Part shown: positions 26,741 to 40,644 of the stretch, in pieces
How positions within the stretch are numbered: the stretch's first letter is position 1
Layout of the letters: the number at the start of each line of letters is the position of its first letter
NCBI GenBank assembly: GCA_965644295.1
Contig: CBFFRP010000362.1
Location: forward strand, 62,001 to 126,000
Source: Paraphysomonas bandaiensis
Taxonomy: Eukaryota; Protista; Chrysophyceae
DNA length: 64,000 bases
Direction of reading: 5' to 3'
The notes under the pieces: model-generated
The model's database searches: none
What the model saw: the letters and a program-made list of their open reading frames with translations, nothing else
What the model was told of the DNA's origin: nothing
Made by a program: the position numbers and the translations under genes

Positions 26741-28671
26741 ATTACCCGTAGAATATACTATGGATGAACATGGATGTATGTATATATCTGCTCTCATCAC
26801 TGCTGTACCATACATACATACATTAGAGCGAGTATCTAAGGTAACTTACTGCTGTATATCATGAAAAACATGAAAAAATACATGAAAACCTAAACTTTTC
26901 CATTTATTTCCATAATTTTTTCATTTTAGGTATCAAAATACAGTGATTTTAGAACAGAATAGCCCATTAATCATGTACAAAAGTATCCGTATTCCCTATA
27001 CAGAGTGCGTGTATCCATGTATCTGTGTGCAGGTTCTTGGTATGGATATGAGGACACTGCAGCTGTGCACTAGCTATGCAATGAAGGAGCTCACAATGTG
27101 TCCATTACATGCACTCATCAACGTCGTTCAGTTCTAATAAGGTTACAGTGTATATGGACAGCTTGTTTCATAATATTATATGCAATGATTGCTCGCTGTT
27201 CACTGCATTGACGGTTTCATTGAAGCACAATGTATATATAGATAGATACATGCACTGTACATGCGCTGTATTAGGGTCATTATATTAGGAATAGGAACCA
27301 TTCACCCGAACTATGCTACCACAACCCTCACAGTCATGAATCCTCTCCCCTTGGACCCCTTCATGGCTTGGACCCCTCATATGTGCAGATCTATTCTTAT
27401 TAATAGCTACACTCACAGCTACTGAGCCTATACAAATATGCATAAGCACATACATGTACGTGTATACTCATATATAAATACATACATGTATACAGTGTCC
27501 ATTACTGTTTATGTCGTGTTCTGCTGCATTATTCTATTAAAATCTTATGTATTATTCCCAAATTTGACTCCGAAGATATAATTTCATCGTGTGTTCACCT
27601 GTTGCTTCATAGGCATCTCTTAAATCGCTGATCAAAGAATGATTTTAGATGGCTGTTGCATGGGTAGGACGACATAAAATAAGTATGTACTATGATTCGA
27701 ACATCAACGGCTTTTTTTTAAGAATATTGGTAGTCATATCAAGTGCATGAGAGAGCAGTGGCACAATTGATTCAATGTATAACAGAACACGCAACCAATG
27801 GCAGTACAATCCCAACCAATAAAAGGAAAGTTTAAGCATTTGTATCCCGGTAATAAAAGAAAGTGATTTGCGTGTTCCACTGAACCAATAACAGGTAAAA
27901 AACGCAGTTTTCGAGAAGAAATGTGTATAAGATATTTTTCATCAATTAACTCTTGAGTATACTTGTGGTATTTTATAGTTATGTTATAATTAACCACCGG
28001 TAATAAGGAGGCAATATCATCCTGCACTCAATATTATGAAACAAGGGCGAAAGCCCGAGTTTTTAAATTTAGACAATGGACGATACTCACTAGGTTAAAT
28101 TGTAGCTTATCCTCATGATGTTGAAAGCCTAATATACAGATTGCATAGCCATTAGTACTTTGCTTGCTGTATGAAGAAATAGGTGTGACATTAAGAAAAC
28201 AAATGAAAACACATATTGTTTCAAATCTATGGTATGTATATTGTATATTGTAAATGCTTAGGGAATAGCAATTGCACAAGATTATCTTAAAGAAATATAC
28301 CCCCAAATTTCTATAATAGCTAAAACAAATATACTCCAACCACAGAGGGATAGCAATTGCGAGGTGATGAAATTCCTACATAAGTGTGATGATGAACGTG
28401 AAGAGTTGTGGTCGCACGAGGCATCATTATGATCTTCCACATCAGACGAAGGATGGAATACTACTTGGAGTGTTTGATGATCTGGTTTTGATAGTTGGCT
28501 CATCAATGTGTTTTCATTATAATTGTGTAATGTAATGATTAATAATCGGACTTCAGTGCATGATATCTACTGAACATTCAAGCGAAAGCTACAAGAAAAA
28601 AACTTTTAAATATTATTTAATCAATATTGGTTTCAGTTTCACAAGCAACATATACGCGGTGGCATTCTTTC

Positions 28672-31600
28672 TCACTGTTTTCTGCTAGGGTCCATTCGGT
28701 CGGCTGACTGCGGTACATTGACGTCCATTTTATGAGTGCTTGCGTTCCACGCAAGCAGTGGCTCGCCTGTTCTTGGAGAAGCAGTAGAAGTGGTAGTACC
28801 CGTTGTGGAATATCCCATACTCGTTTCAGTATTGGACCGCATAGGATAATACCCAGCCATTGACGGTGATACGGCAGTGGGAATGAGGTTCCTGGGTGGC
28901 GATGAAGACACAGGAGAACGTTGGGCAATACCAGACAGTGGAGGTGATGGAAGGGCTGGAGATGCTGCTCCTGGCATCACTGAATTACCTATATACGAAT
29001 CTTAAGCACATTGCAATATGTTCTACATGTTTTGGCACATAGTCCATACAAGGCACAGCAGAGTATTTAAAAATAATATAGTACAGGATATTGAATATGC
29101 TTATTCAGCCAACACACATTGAAAACGCAATCTGAGTTTAACCTTATCCCTACGTCTACACACCTGACGAACCGCTCTCCGGAGGTATAGGCCCAGGCCA
29201 TTCAGATAAGAGCTGGTATCCATGGTTCGGTTCCAACTGACGTAATGGTGAATGTGCCTGAGCCGGTGGCTGGACGTGCTGCTGGTTCGCGTACTGAAAG
29301 CTATGATGAACTGATGGAGGGAGCAAAGCCCCGGAAGAGTTCTGAGGCAACAAATTAGTGGGGATTGCAGAATTCGTGCTGTGCAGTGGTGGGCGCGCAA
29401 GTTGGGACGATGCAAAAGGGGTACCATACGGTCTGCTAGTGCTCATTCCAGATATATTGCCATCAGGTAAGTTTCCCGTTGATCCTGACGAATAAGTCGC
29501 TTCCACTGAGGCTGGTAAATGTTGAGATGAATGTTCTTGCCCATCACTCATACACTGGCTGGATGTGCCTACATTGGCGCTAAGAGTACGAAAATTAGGC
29601 GGCGGTGTGCCACTACTTGCTGCTATCTGTGGTGGCTGACGCTGTACCGGTACCGACGTGTCTTTCGGTGGCACGGAGGACGCAAGCAAGTTGTTTCCAT
29701 TCAGAGGGAGGGTCGAGGGATTAACTTCTGGGTCTGATGTATCAGAATCGTGCTTTTTGCCCTATACGATTACACACAAAGAAATATTGTTACATATCCG
29801 TATATGTATACATACTTTCATACGGCTTCAATTATGAAAATTTCGTATAATACAGGTGACAAAACATTATCACTATATTCACACCTCATCTGTTTTCTTC
29901 GACTTTTTCAGTAGCGGTCTGGATAGCACCACTTCCATCGTAGATGGGTTGTGGTCGGCAGTTGGTCGGGCCGGTGCAGAACCGAGTAGAGCTTTGGTGA
30001 AATTCTTTTCCACTCCCCCCGCCTGTTTACCTCTAGCTTTAGGCGCTTTAGGTGCTTTAGGTGCTTTCAAAGGTCTATTCACACCATTTCCTTTGGCAAC
30101 CGCACCTCGAGGGAATGGGACAATGTCCTATATAAGTGTCATATTATCGTGCTTCACAAAACCACAGCAGTACATGTAAACTGCAGTGCAACAATGCGTA
30201 TCACATATACTTACATCTTGCAACTGGAACATAGCTTCAATATCTATCTCGTCATTCTCACTTGGCGCTTCTGACGTAATCGAAGTGCCATCTGTCAGTA
30301 TCCCTTTGCGGCGAAGCCGGATCGACGAAATAAGTGCAGTGGTCAGCAAGTGCTCGATCTCGCGCGGTATTGGGCTTGGTGGATGGGCTTCATTACGAAC
30401 AAGAAGAGCCTACATAATTAAACGCATAATTTATACGCTTCAATCGCAGATACGTATTGACACTTATATACAACAAAGGGATAACAACGCATTATAACAC
30501 GAATAAACAAACCTTTCGCTGCATAAAAGCTGGTTTCAACGGCAATAAGAAGTAGAATATGCGGAATCCAATCTATTCGATAATTCGCTATGAGTAATTC
30601 CAAACCACTAAACATGCAAAACACAATGCGATAAAACCTGCACAATAGATTTCGACGAGAGTCGTTCAGGTGCATCAGAAGGAAGTATCTTCTTTCCGCC
30701 CACAAATATACCGGCATTATGAAGGCACTTAATTTCAAACGATCCCTTGGAGGTATTATATTCAATTACTGCGTGCTCTCTGCCGAGGAAGCAATTAGTC
30801 ACGGGAAACCATACCAACAAATCAACATAACAAAGAGCATATATCGTACATCCAACATACCTGGCTACTGATGGATCGTTTCCTATGTGTATGTCGACAA
30901 CGCCCGGCACACCACAAAGACCAGAAGTATCAGGGACACCAATACTATCAGTGATGCTCAGCGTCGACTCCATGAGCTTACCCAATACGCTTCGTTTCGA
31001 TGTAATGTACGATACATAACCCTGCCCAACACCTTATGAATACATATACAGCGCAAATACATCAAATGAACGATCCACCGTACACTTTATTTTACACAAA
31101 AATAATAACGCAAATACGTAGTTTTGGTACAAGACATACTCTGGGGCCACGCAATTGCGCAAACGAAGGTGTCGACATATGTGGCGAATCCCAAAGAGTT
31201 GTGTCTTTGTAAGCCGGTACACTGGGTGCCACCATCTCCTTCAGTGATGCACACAACCTAACGGAAGCATAAATGCATAAGAACGCAGCGTACATAGTCA
31301 CAAGTAGATACTATCTGCTGTAGACAACATGTATCAATTCAAAAACTTCAACTTACGTTTTATCTGAAAGTTGGGCAATGAGATCTTCATCCGTAAGCAC
31401 CGCCCTAGACTTCTTGCGCTTGCCACCGACATGGGCATCCGCGGCACATGGTACAATATGCCCTAATGAATAAAACACGTCAACAAGGCGCAATTATAAA
31501 TACAAATTAGGTGGGGCATGGTTCAGCACCACTATACATCGAGCCTTGACATTTATAACAGAGTGGCTAGTACATGACACATGCCCACCTGATTTATCGC

Positions 31601-34600
31601 CTACATATTTCATTTTAGGAAGTAGTGTAATGCCTTCCTCAACAAGTTTTTGGCGCTGGGTCAAAGCTCTATCATACGCGTAGTAGGCTTCTTGCTTGGT
31701 TGCAAATGAACCAAGATACCTCATCCGACCTGGAAATAAAACAGAAACCTGCCAGAAATCTCCCCGCTGCACAACAGATCGCCGTCTTTCTTCATCTGCA
31801 TCCATTTTTCGTACATTGACCGCTTTCATCTTCCTTTCCACGGCAGGTTTATCGGGTTCTTGATTATTTCGACGCCGAGTGCGTTTCGGTTTGTTTTCGG
31901 CTTTCACTGCGACATTAACTTCGTTAGTTGCACTATTTTCAGTAGATTTGTCATTCTCAGTTTCGAGCGTCAATGAAGTAGTATTACTCTTTTCCGTAGC
32001 TTTACTTGCCACTGATTCGTTGGTTGTCTCATTACTACTCGGTGCAATGACAGCAGGCTGGGAATTATCTGTAGAGACACTTTTCTCATTGCTGACCTCC
32101 ATGGCATCATTATTAGGAGGATGAGAATCACCTGTGGGTACAATTTTCTCTTTGCTGACCTCCATTGCATCACCGCCTGCATTGTTTGGAGGTTGAGAAC
32201 TGCCTGTGGATGCACTTTCCTCATTGCCGACCTCCACTGCATCTGCAATTGCATTGATAGTAGGTTGAGAGCTGCCTGTAGATACACTTTTCTCATTGCT
32301 GACTTCCATACAGTCAGCGTTTGCGTTGACAGTAAGGTGAGAATTTCCTGTAGATACACTTTGGTCATTCCCAACCTGTATGGCATCAGTATTTGCATAG
32401 CTACTGGGCAGGGAATTGCCCGTAGATAAATTTTTCTCGTTACAAACATTATTTGTATCGGCGTTTGCGTTGACAGCAGGTTGAGAATTGCCAGTAGATA
32501 TACTTTTCTCATTGCTGGTATCCATTGTATCACCGCTTTCACTGACAGTACGTTGAGAACTGCCTGTAGATACACTTTTCTCATTGCTGACTTCTATACA
32601 GTCAGCGTTTGCGTTGACAGTAAAGTGAGAATTTCCTGTAGATACACTTTGGTCATTCCCGACCTGCATGGCATCAGTATTTGCATAGCTACTGGGCTGG
32701 GAATTGCCTGTGGATAAACTTTTCTCGGCGTTTGCGTTGACAGTAGGTTGAGAATTGCCAGTAGATATACTTTTCTCATTGCTGACATCCATTGCATCAG
32801 TGTTGACAGCGGGTTTCGGAGAAGTCCCTGTGGATATACCTTTCCCAATACTAACTTCAATGGCACCAGTGCATGCGCCGGTGTCGTGACTAGCAGGCTC
32901 ATGATCACGATTCCGGACAGAACTTTGTAGTTCTGGGGACTTTAATTCAGAAATATCTCCATCAACTTCCATCGCAGATTCCTCAACGTCGCGCTTCTCA
33001 CTAAGTACTTCTTCTGAACGGCATGCAGCTGGCGCAGTATTTCCTGTAGAGAGCTGCCTTTGTTCTCTCCCGTGGTCTGACTCTTTACATTCCGCGACTG
33101 CTTCGTTTGAGTCGGTCAGTAGAATATTACGAACGTCGCTACACCCTTTCTCCGACCCAACAAATTCATCTTTTTTCTCCGTATCTTCATCATTGAGGGG
33201 GGGTTTATTCGTATCTAATACATCGTTTCTGTCTATATCCATTCCATCTTCGTTGTCATTTCTATCACCATTGCAGTCATCATCCAGCCTCTTCGGATCT
33301 ACCACTTCAACACTACCCTCAGTGTCTCGTGCCTTGATGTCATCCTCTTTGGCCTCTTGCTCTTCCAGTCGCTCCAACTCCTCCCTCAGCTTTGCAGCGG
33401 CTGCCTCAGCTGCTTGCTTTGCTGCCCATCCCTTCTTACGTCCGGGTCTTTTCTTTTCCGTTGGAGCAGTATCTTGGTTAGAACCCTCCGCAGACGGCGC
33501 AGCTCCTTTTTTGGTCCGATTTCGCCTCTTTTTCACTACAATAGGTTTTCCCACAGTTTCAAGTTTAACTAGTCGTAGCTCCGCCGTAAGCTCCTCGTCT
33601 GAATACGCTGTTGTGTATTGTGCATCAGTGTTAAAATCGTACTTCACTTTGAACTTCGAATTTGTATCACACATGGAGTTATTTTCTACCACGTGGATAT
33701 CAACACAATCCCACTCCAACCACGGTAGTGTTTCGACAACTTCATAGTACAACTGGACAGTCGCCTCGTTGCAATCCGGTTCTGTGAGGCAGGAAATATC
33801 TTCACGACAAACCGCAGTAAGAGCACCCACTATTCCCAGTAGAAGTCGTCGGGAGGTTAAATCATCACCAAAGTCATACTGGGCGTCCACTACATTCCAA
33901 AGCGACGGGAAGAGAAATTGTAAAGTACTCGGTAGATCCGGAAGGCAACATGAAGGAGAACTAGAGGAAGGATCAGTCACTATGTCTGATTGTGAAGCTG
34001 TAAGCTGTGCACATGACAGAATTCTGTGTCGACACTTCATCGAAAGGGCTTCCAACATAATTTCCCGATAAGCTAAGTGCGAAACAATAGACCAACCACT
34101 ATCTAGAACTAACATCTGCCAAAAAATAGACTTCAAGAAAAACATATCAGACGCAAAGGCCTCATAATGAGTTAATACTACATGGCAGTGGGAGCGCTCT
34201 GTATATAGTGTTGTCGGTTTCATATAAGTCTGCAGTATCTCTCGATCTCCAGGACTACCGTAGTATGTCATGAGACGTACATTGCCAACGCATTTCCCGC
34301 CACTAGCATCTCGTGATTTGTATTCTTCTCGCAGCATATCTTCCCACTGAATAAGCTCCTTCACTTTAACCACTACTAGCACGGGACCCCATCGTGAGGA
34401 TCTGGATATTTTTCTTCGCGACTTTGCCTTGGTTACTGGAGCTGAATTACCTCTATCGGAATCACCAAATCCTTTCTGAATTATCGATGAAATCAATTTC
34501 GCACGATGTTGAGTGTGTGCCCTGGTCGACCCATCAGGATGTGCGTAGGTAGTGCGATCCACCACAACTGCACTATGTCCTTCATTCAACAATTCCAACG

Positions 34601-37350
34601 TACGATCGACGCAGTAATTAAAGCATGAACCGAATGAGAGTGGGGCTTTGTAATAGTCCCCACTGCGACCCTCAGATACATCGGAGTTGTGCACATACTC
34701 ACTCCAGCTGAATCGCTGCAACTTCTTTGGAGTTGGAGTATTAGAAGTATCAGTGCCATCGCTCAAAGAGCGTTTACGCTTCGTACGCGATGGTGAAAAC
34801 CCACAAGAAGTATCTCGTGACTCATGTGTATCACTGGATCGTATGGAGTCTGATGTCAGGGATTTCGAATCTCCTGACTGATATTGTGATGATGGGTGGA
34901 TACTACTTCCAACGGTCCCAGATGTGTCAATCGCTACAGATTTGCTTGCTTCTGGATTACTATCTCCAAATAATGATGCGATTCCAAGATCTGATTGGGT
35001 CGAGTTATTCGCCGGAAGATGTCCCTTGGTTAGAATATCTAACAAATGACTACTTAGACATTCTTTGACGGTTTCCTAAAAGTATTAAGAAATATCAAAT
35101 AATTAGTCAGTTTTGACAAATAAGTCAACTGTAGTAGGTGTACCATATATAAATATGCAACAGAAGTATAATATGTCGCTAGTAGACACTGACCTTCCCA
35201 TTGTATAAACTCGACGGATATATAAACGGATGGGTCGTGCTGGCTGCGATTCTCTCCGCAGTGTCATGGGTGAGATTCCCTTCCAACCCGACGGAATCTG
35301 GTACACACATCTGCCGTATCTCAGGGATTGATTTATGCTCTTCCACACATGCATCTATGCTAGTGAGGTATGCCCAATCTTTGTCTGACTTCAACAAACT
35401 GCAGTGATATGAATATTACGCGCAAAGGTGAACATGGCAGCTACACATCCTATACTAACTACTATATATGCATAATAAATTTATGACCTGTGTCTTTACC
35501 AAATTTTATTACTGCATACCTTGTGAATGGATTGGGTATTAGATCGGCGGTCTTCGGCACTTCGTCCATGGATGACAAAGGCATTACTCCCTCCAGAATT
35601 CCAGTTACACCACCAATCCATTGTTTTTTAATTGTGTCTAGGCTTTCTTGTAACGCAATTCGCCAGGCTGAGTCAAAGGACTCTAAATTTTCGTACATTT
35701 GATTGAAAGAATCAGTCACAACCTGCACGGAAAAAGACGCAGTTAACAACAAGCATATTTCACACAATGTGTTCACAAGTGATTCATACTATGTGGTATT
35801 ATATACACGAAGTATTGAAAATAATAGTCCGACACCACAACTTACACTTGTCGCATGTCTTCCAGTCGGCTTCCTAAGGTACTCTCTCATATCAGCCGCT
35901 AGCTGCGAAAAGTTTTTCGTATTATCAGACCCTGTAACTTCGTCGGGAGATTCGGATTGTTTGGTAGACTCCTCTGTGCTCAATACACTTTCCAATGATT
36001 CCTTTTTGATATTTGTGTCACGTTTAGGGGCTATTAAATCAGGCGTTGACTGTATGTTAGCTAAATGCTCTTCTATCGGTTTGATGACAAGTCCAACGGA
36101 TTGAAACTCGTTTGCTAGACTTCTAAGAACTTCATGAGGCTGCACAAAACTTCTGCCAAGTTTATTCCCGTCCCTGCACCACATAAACAGCATAAAGCAA
36201 GTATGAAAGTGCTGTGAAAGCGTGAAATATATGGTGCTTAATGCCCAAACTATATTAAAACATGCAAAGTACATTCCAGTCATGCAACATAGTAATGTTC
36301 ACCTTGTCATCCATTTCGCTGCACTCGAAGTTCTTTTCGGCGCAGGTACTGCTGACGGAACAGAGATGACTCTGGCGTCACCTTTGTCGCCGGTATTAGA
36401 GGCTACAGCGGCAGGAGCGGTCGTACTTTTCTTCGATCGCATACGTTTCTACATGAAACAATGTAATCGTTATAACAGGATAAACATGTTATCAAACAAT
36501 TTCTTTCTTATCACATGATCAGAAAGAAAGAATGCAAGCAATGCTTACTTTCTTTGGCTTCGACTCGGCCTTCGAGTCTGAATTGTCATCCATTTCAAAT
36601 GGCTTATCATTGGGCTTTTCGGCACTATCAGTTGCTTTTTGTGGTGCTTTACTGGCAGGTTTATTAGCTGCTTTCGATTCGGCTTTAGAGCCTCTTTTCG
36701 CTCGTACTTTAGGTTTCTTAGAAACAGCTTCAAATAACTCCTCTGGTTCCGGTAAATTTAGTGTCTTGGCAAGCAGAATATCCACATTGTGAAGAGAATC
36801 TAAAATATTTGATTTGTCCGAGTTTTTAGGAAATTTGGGTGCACGGTATGCAGGAGCAGGACTCTTAGCATCAGGAGTAAAGTCTTGGCGATATGTATTC
36901 CTCAGCTCAGAGAAGTCAGTAATCAGCTCAAAATCAGTACCACGCACACAATCGCTACAAGTACTTTCATCACATCGAAGGGCTTCCAAAAACGAACGGT
37001 GGGATTCAAGGATAATTTCAATGTCAAAGGCCGCCATATTCGAGAGTACCACTGAAAACTTATTCCTGTATGCAAGTTATATCGATACAAGAGGAGACAT
37101 ACTCATACTTACTTAACAGTTTTAAGTTTATCGTCGCTGATTTGATCTTGTTTCTCAGAACTACGAAATAATAAACAAATAAGACTTGTGTGCGTATTGT
37201 AATCATCCACTACCTCTTCTCAATTGACCAGCTCTTGCAGTGCCTCATAGCCTTTATTAAATCCGCTGTTGACTCAAATCTTATGATATCATCCGTAAGA
37301 GCTTGCATACTATCACGCATCTCTGATTCAAATTTATCTCGGGTTGACAT
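28672..37350 (-). CDS. Large multi-exon nuclear protein: degenerate SNF2 N-lobe, tandem repeats, AP2 domain, FHA domain and Pro/Ser-rich tail
   Basis: Splice junctions were traced in frame from about 35190 through the FHA exons; the outer exons are less certain. AP2: WQVSV...RYLGSFATKQEAYYAYD. FHA: FAQLRG...SVLGK...REHAVIEYN...IGFRIFYFLLP. Confidence 0.7.
32060..32815 (-). repeat. Coding minisatellite, about 22-23 aa unit (MEVSNEKSVSTGNSQPAVNANAD-like), about 12 copies
   Basis: EKSxSTGxS recurs throughout, and there is a higher-order duplication of the SSYANTDA...HxTVNANADC block. Confidence 0.92.
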
Positions 37351-37636
37351 TATAGTGTTTGGTTTATGAACGAGAGAATGCAAATAAATTAACGTCACTA
37401 GAGGGATTCTACTCTCGAATAATTCATAATTAATACAATAATATTAATGAAATCTAACTTATAAACTAACATACTAATATAATAATATATTATCCCGTCT
37501 ATCTCTAGTGTCCTGCGTAATCAACCACTGGAAACAAAGGGATAGATAATACAATGCAATTCTAGTTATTCGATCTCTACCCTATACTCGTATATGCTAT
37601 GAACCCCACATCTAGATATACACACAAACACATATG

Positions 37637-38162
37637 CATACATACATACATACATACATACATACATACATACATACATACATACATACATACATACATA
37701 CATACATACATACATACATACATACATACATACATACATACATACATACATACATACATACATACATACATACATACATACATACATACATACATACATA
37801 CATACATACATACATACATACATACATACATACATACATACATACATACATACATACATACATACATACATACATACATACATACATACATACATACATA
37901 CATACATACATACATACATACATACATACATACATACATACATACATACATACATACATACATACATACATACATACATACATACATACATACATACATA
38001 CATACATACATACATACATACATACATACATACATACATACATACATACATACATACATACATACATACATACATACATACATACATACATACATACATA
38101 CATACATACATACATACATACATACATACATACATACATACATACATACATACATACATACA
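37637..38162. repeat. (CATA)n microsatellite, about 130 units
   Basis: Perfect run between two divergently transcribed genes. Confidence 0.99.
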
Positions 38163-38411
38163 ATCATCGTCAGGTGTACAACGGAGTGGGGACAGAGATA
38201 CTGAAGGTAGCCAATCACAGCTTGGAGGGACCCTCAGCCAAGAGTTGTGGTGTGGGGTGCGGTGGAATGGCTCTCTGCTCACTGCACCCTTCAGAGAATC
38301 CGTTAAACCTATTGGCGGATATTAACCATATAATATATCCTACACCAGTGATAGTCTACCCCTGCATAACTATCAATCAAATAGCACTCATATAAACTAG
38401 TGGAGTAGGAG

Positions 38412-40644
38412 ATGACGGAAGCAGTGGAGTCCTCTGATTTGATCACATGCACTGAATGTGGAGAAGAATTTCGGTCTAAAAACAGATTATTTATACATCT
38501 AGAAACTCATGGAGTGGAGAGGGAATCCGTTCATGCGACTCGACCAGGAAAGATTGTATTATTAGTCGGTTGGCTGAGTGAGTCACACGATGATGATGAA
38601 TGGGCGATAGATGGACACATTAACCCAACATGGAAAAACACGACAGATCGAATTGAGTCTGAATTATTTAAAGCTATTGAAATGGTTGATGGACCTGGTG
38701 ATGATTCACGAGATACTGATGATGTGAAAGGATTTTCTCGTGCGAGTGGATGTGCTCAACGTGCGTCGCATATGCTTCAGTCAGAGGCTTCATGTCATGG
38801 TGGGTGCGACGTCTTATGCTTCCAACTGAAGAAAAAAAGTAAACCGAAGAATCAAACATGGGTCGAAGCAGTTAACAGCAAACTACCTGCAGATATTCAT
38901 GTTATGGAGGTGTACAACCTTCCGCAAGCGTGTTGTGACTTGCATGCCGAGTCGCTTTGTTCTCAACGCCGATATGAATATGTCCTCCCTCTCCAGGCAC
39001 TTTTCCCTCCTGATGAACCTATTGCTGATATTCCCCTACGAATAGGTGGTATTAAGACTGAGCCTAATCGAGAGCGTTCCTGGTGTGTTATGGATAACGC
39101 TTTTCCAAGAAACACGCCCTCAGGCAAGGCACGAATTGAAAATTTTCGCAAATTGAAAGTAATTCTGAAAAAATTTGGTGGTAAGAAATGCATGCATAAC
39201 ATGATGACGGGTGGGGGATCTCCAGACGATGCCCCATGCAAGCGTCGCGTTGATCGATTTTATCATAAGGAACTTCTCCTGGTAGACGGCACGGTGCCGA
39301 ACTTGTCGATTTCCTCAGTAGTTACAGACAGTTCAGGAACGAGCGAAGAATGGGCTGTGTTCAGTATATCTGGAAATGCATTCCTTAAGGGCCAGGCACG
39401 GAAGATGGTAGGATTAGCTATTAGCGTATTAAGGGGATGGCTGCCGATGTCATTCATGGATGTAGCGATGGACGACGCACGAGTTGTTAAAGTCCCTTCT
39501 GCACCGGGTTGCGGATTGTATTTGGCGGAGTGTCAATTTGCCAAGTGGGAAACTAAACATGGTTTCTACATCGACCCGAGAAGAATTGAAGGTATATAAA
39601 TTGTAATTGCAATATGCGTCAAGTGTATATCCTTCCCTGTATTCAGCATTGCTGTCTGTATATTATGAATACTGATTTATCAGCCAATTTCGTCATATAT
39701 TTTCTGTACTGCAGGAGCTGATTCTAGTCGTATTGAGGACTGGATACGTATTGTGCAACACCGAGCTATTCAGCAAATGAAAGAACGCGATTGGATGGCG
39801 AGTATGAAAGAGCAGTGCCAGATGTGTCTCCTGCAATATGAAACGGAACAGTCGTTGCTTAATAGAACGCCTGAAAGTTTGCGGACATCGTTGAGAAGTT
39901 GTAGGACGGGAATTCCTGCTACATGCAGTATAGAGGTACGAGGTGCGTACGAACGGGTACTTAATTTGCTGCGGGCTGCAGATTCTTCAGGAAGTTGGCC
40001 TGCGTCGTCACAGGTACGGTTAGTCAAGTACATTAAGTGTATTTTATAAATATGTATTGCTGACCTTATCATCGCATGTAGGCCCGACAGAAGGTGATTA
40101 CGGAAAGTTCACTTGTCGAGAAAGGAAGCAGAGGAGGAACCTTTAGTGTGGGTTTCCTGCCAGCCCCACTATCTCAACCCAAAGGAAACGAGCTTTTCCC
40201 TGGTATGTTTATCCTATTCTCAATGCATATCAAATTGAAATGGCACATGCATAGAAAAATGCGATCGTTTGTCTGTTTTTGCCCTTATAGTACACTGTAG
40301 AGTTGCTGCTAGCATGCTTTCAACTTGAAAAGATATTGTATCCGTCTCGGACACCGTCGTCTACTATTGCTGTAAATAGACACGCACAGTTTCGACCACA
40401 TCGCGACACTGGCGCTGGAAGTGGTCAAACTACCAGTTTAATTGTTGCACTCGGAGACTTCGCCGGAGGCGAGTTGATGGTAGAGTGTAAAGCTAATGAT
40501 ATACGCTACAGCCCCGTGGAGATGGACGGATGGGGGCAGAGACATTGGACACTTCCCTTTGAAGGTGAACGATATAGTTTAGTATGGTTCACACCGCTGG
40601 GTGTAAAAGTACCGGATGATTTATGGTGGCTGAAAGATATATAG
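38412..40644 (+). CDS. C2H2 zinc finger + TruA/Pus1-like domain + C-terminal 2OG-Fe(II) oxygenase-like domain, 4 exons
   Basis: CTECGEEFRSKNRLFIHLETH zinc finger. TruA-like motifs NSKLPADIHV, CSQRRYEYVLP, GNAFLKGQARKMVG and APGCGLYL. Oxygenase motifs PHRD...GDFAGGEL...RHWTLPFEGERYSLVWF. Introns at about 39592-39714, 40014-40081 and 40203-40300. Confidence 0.82.

Noticed and set aside
37566-38395. ORFs encoding (MYVC)n or (HTYI)n
   Set aside because: Same microsatellite artefact.
10033-40644. A functional RNA-processing gene cluster (coilin, Trm1-like, TruA-like)
   Set aside because: The genes are interspersed with unrelated ones over 30 kb, and there is no evidence beyond chance without synteny data.
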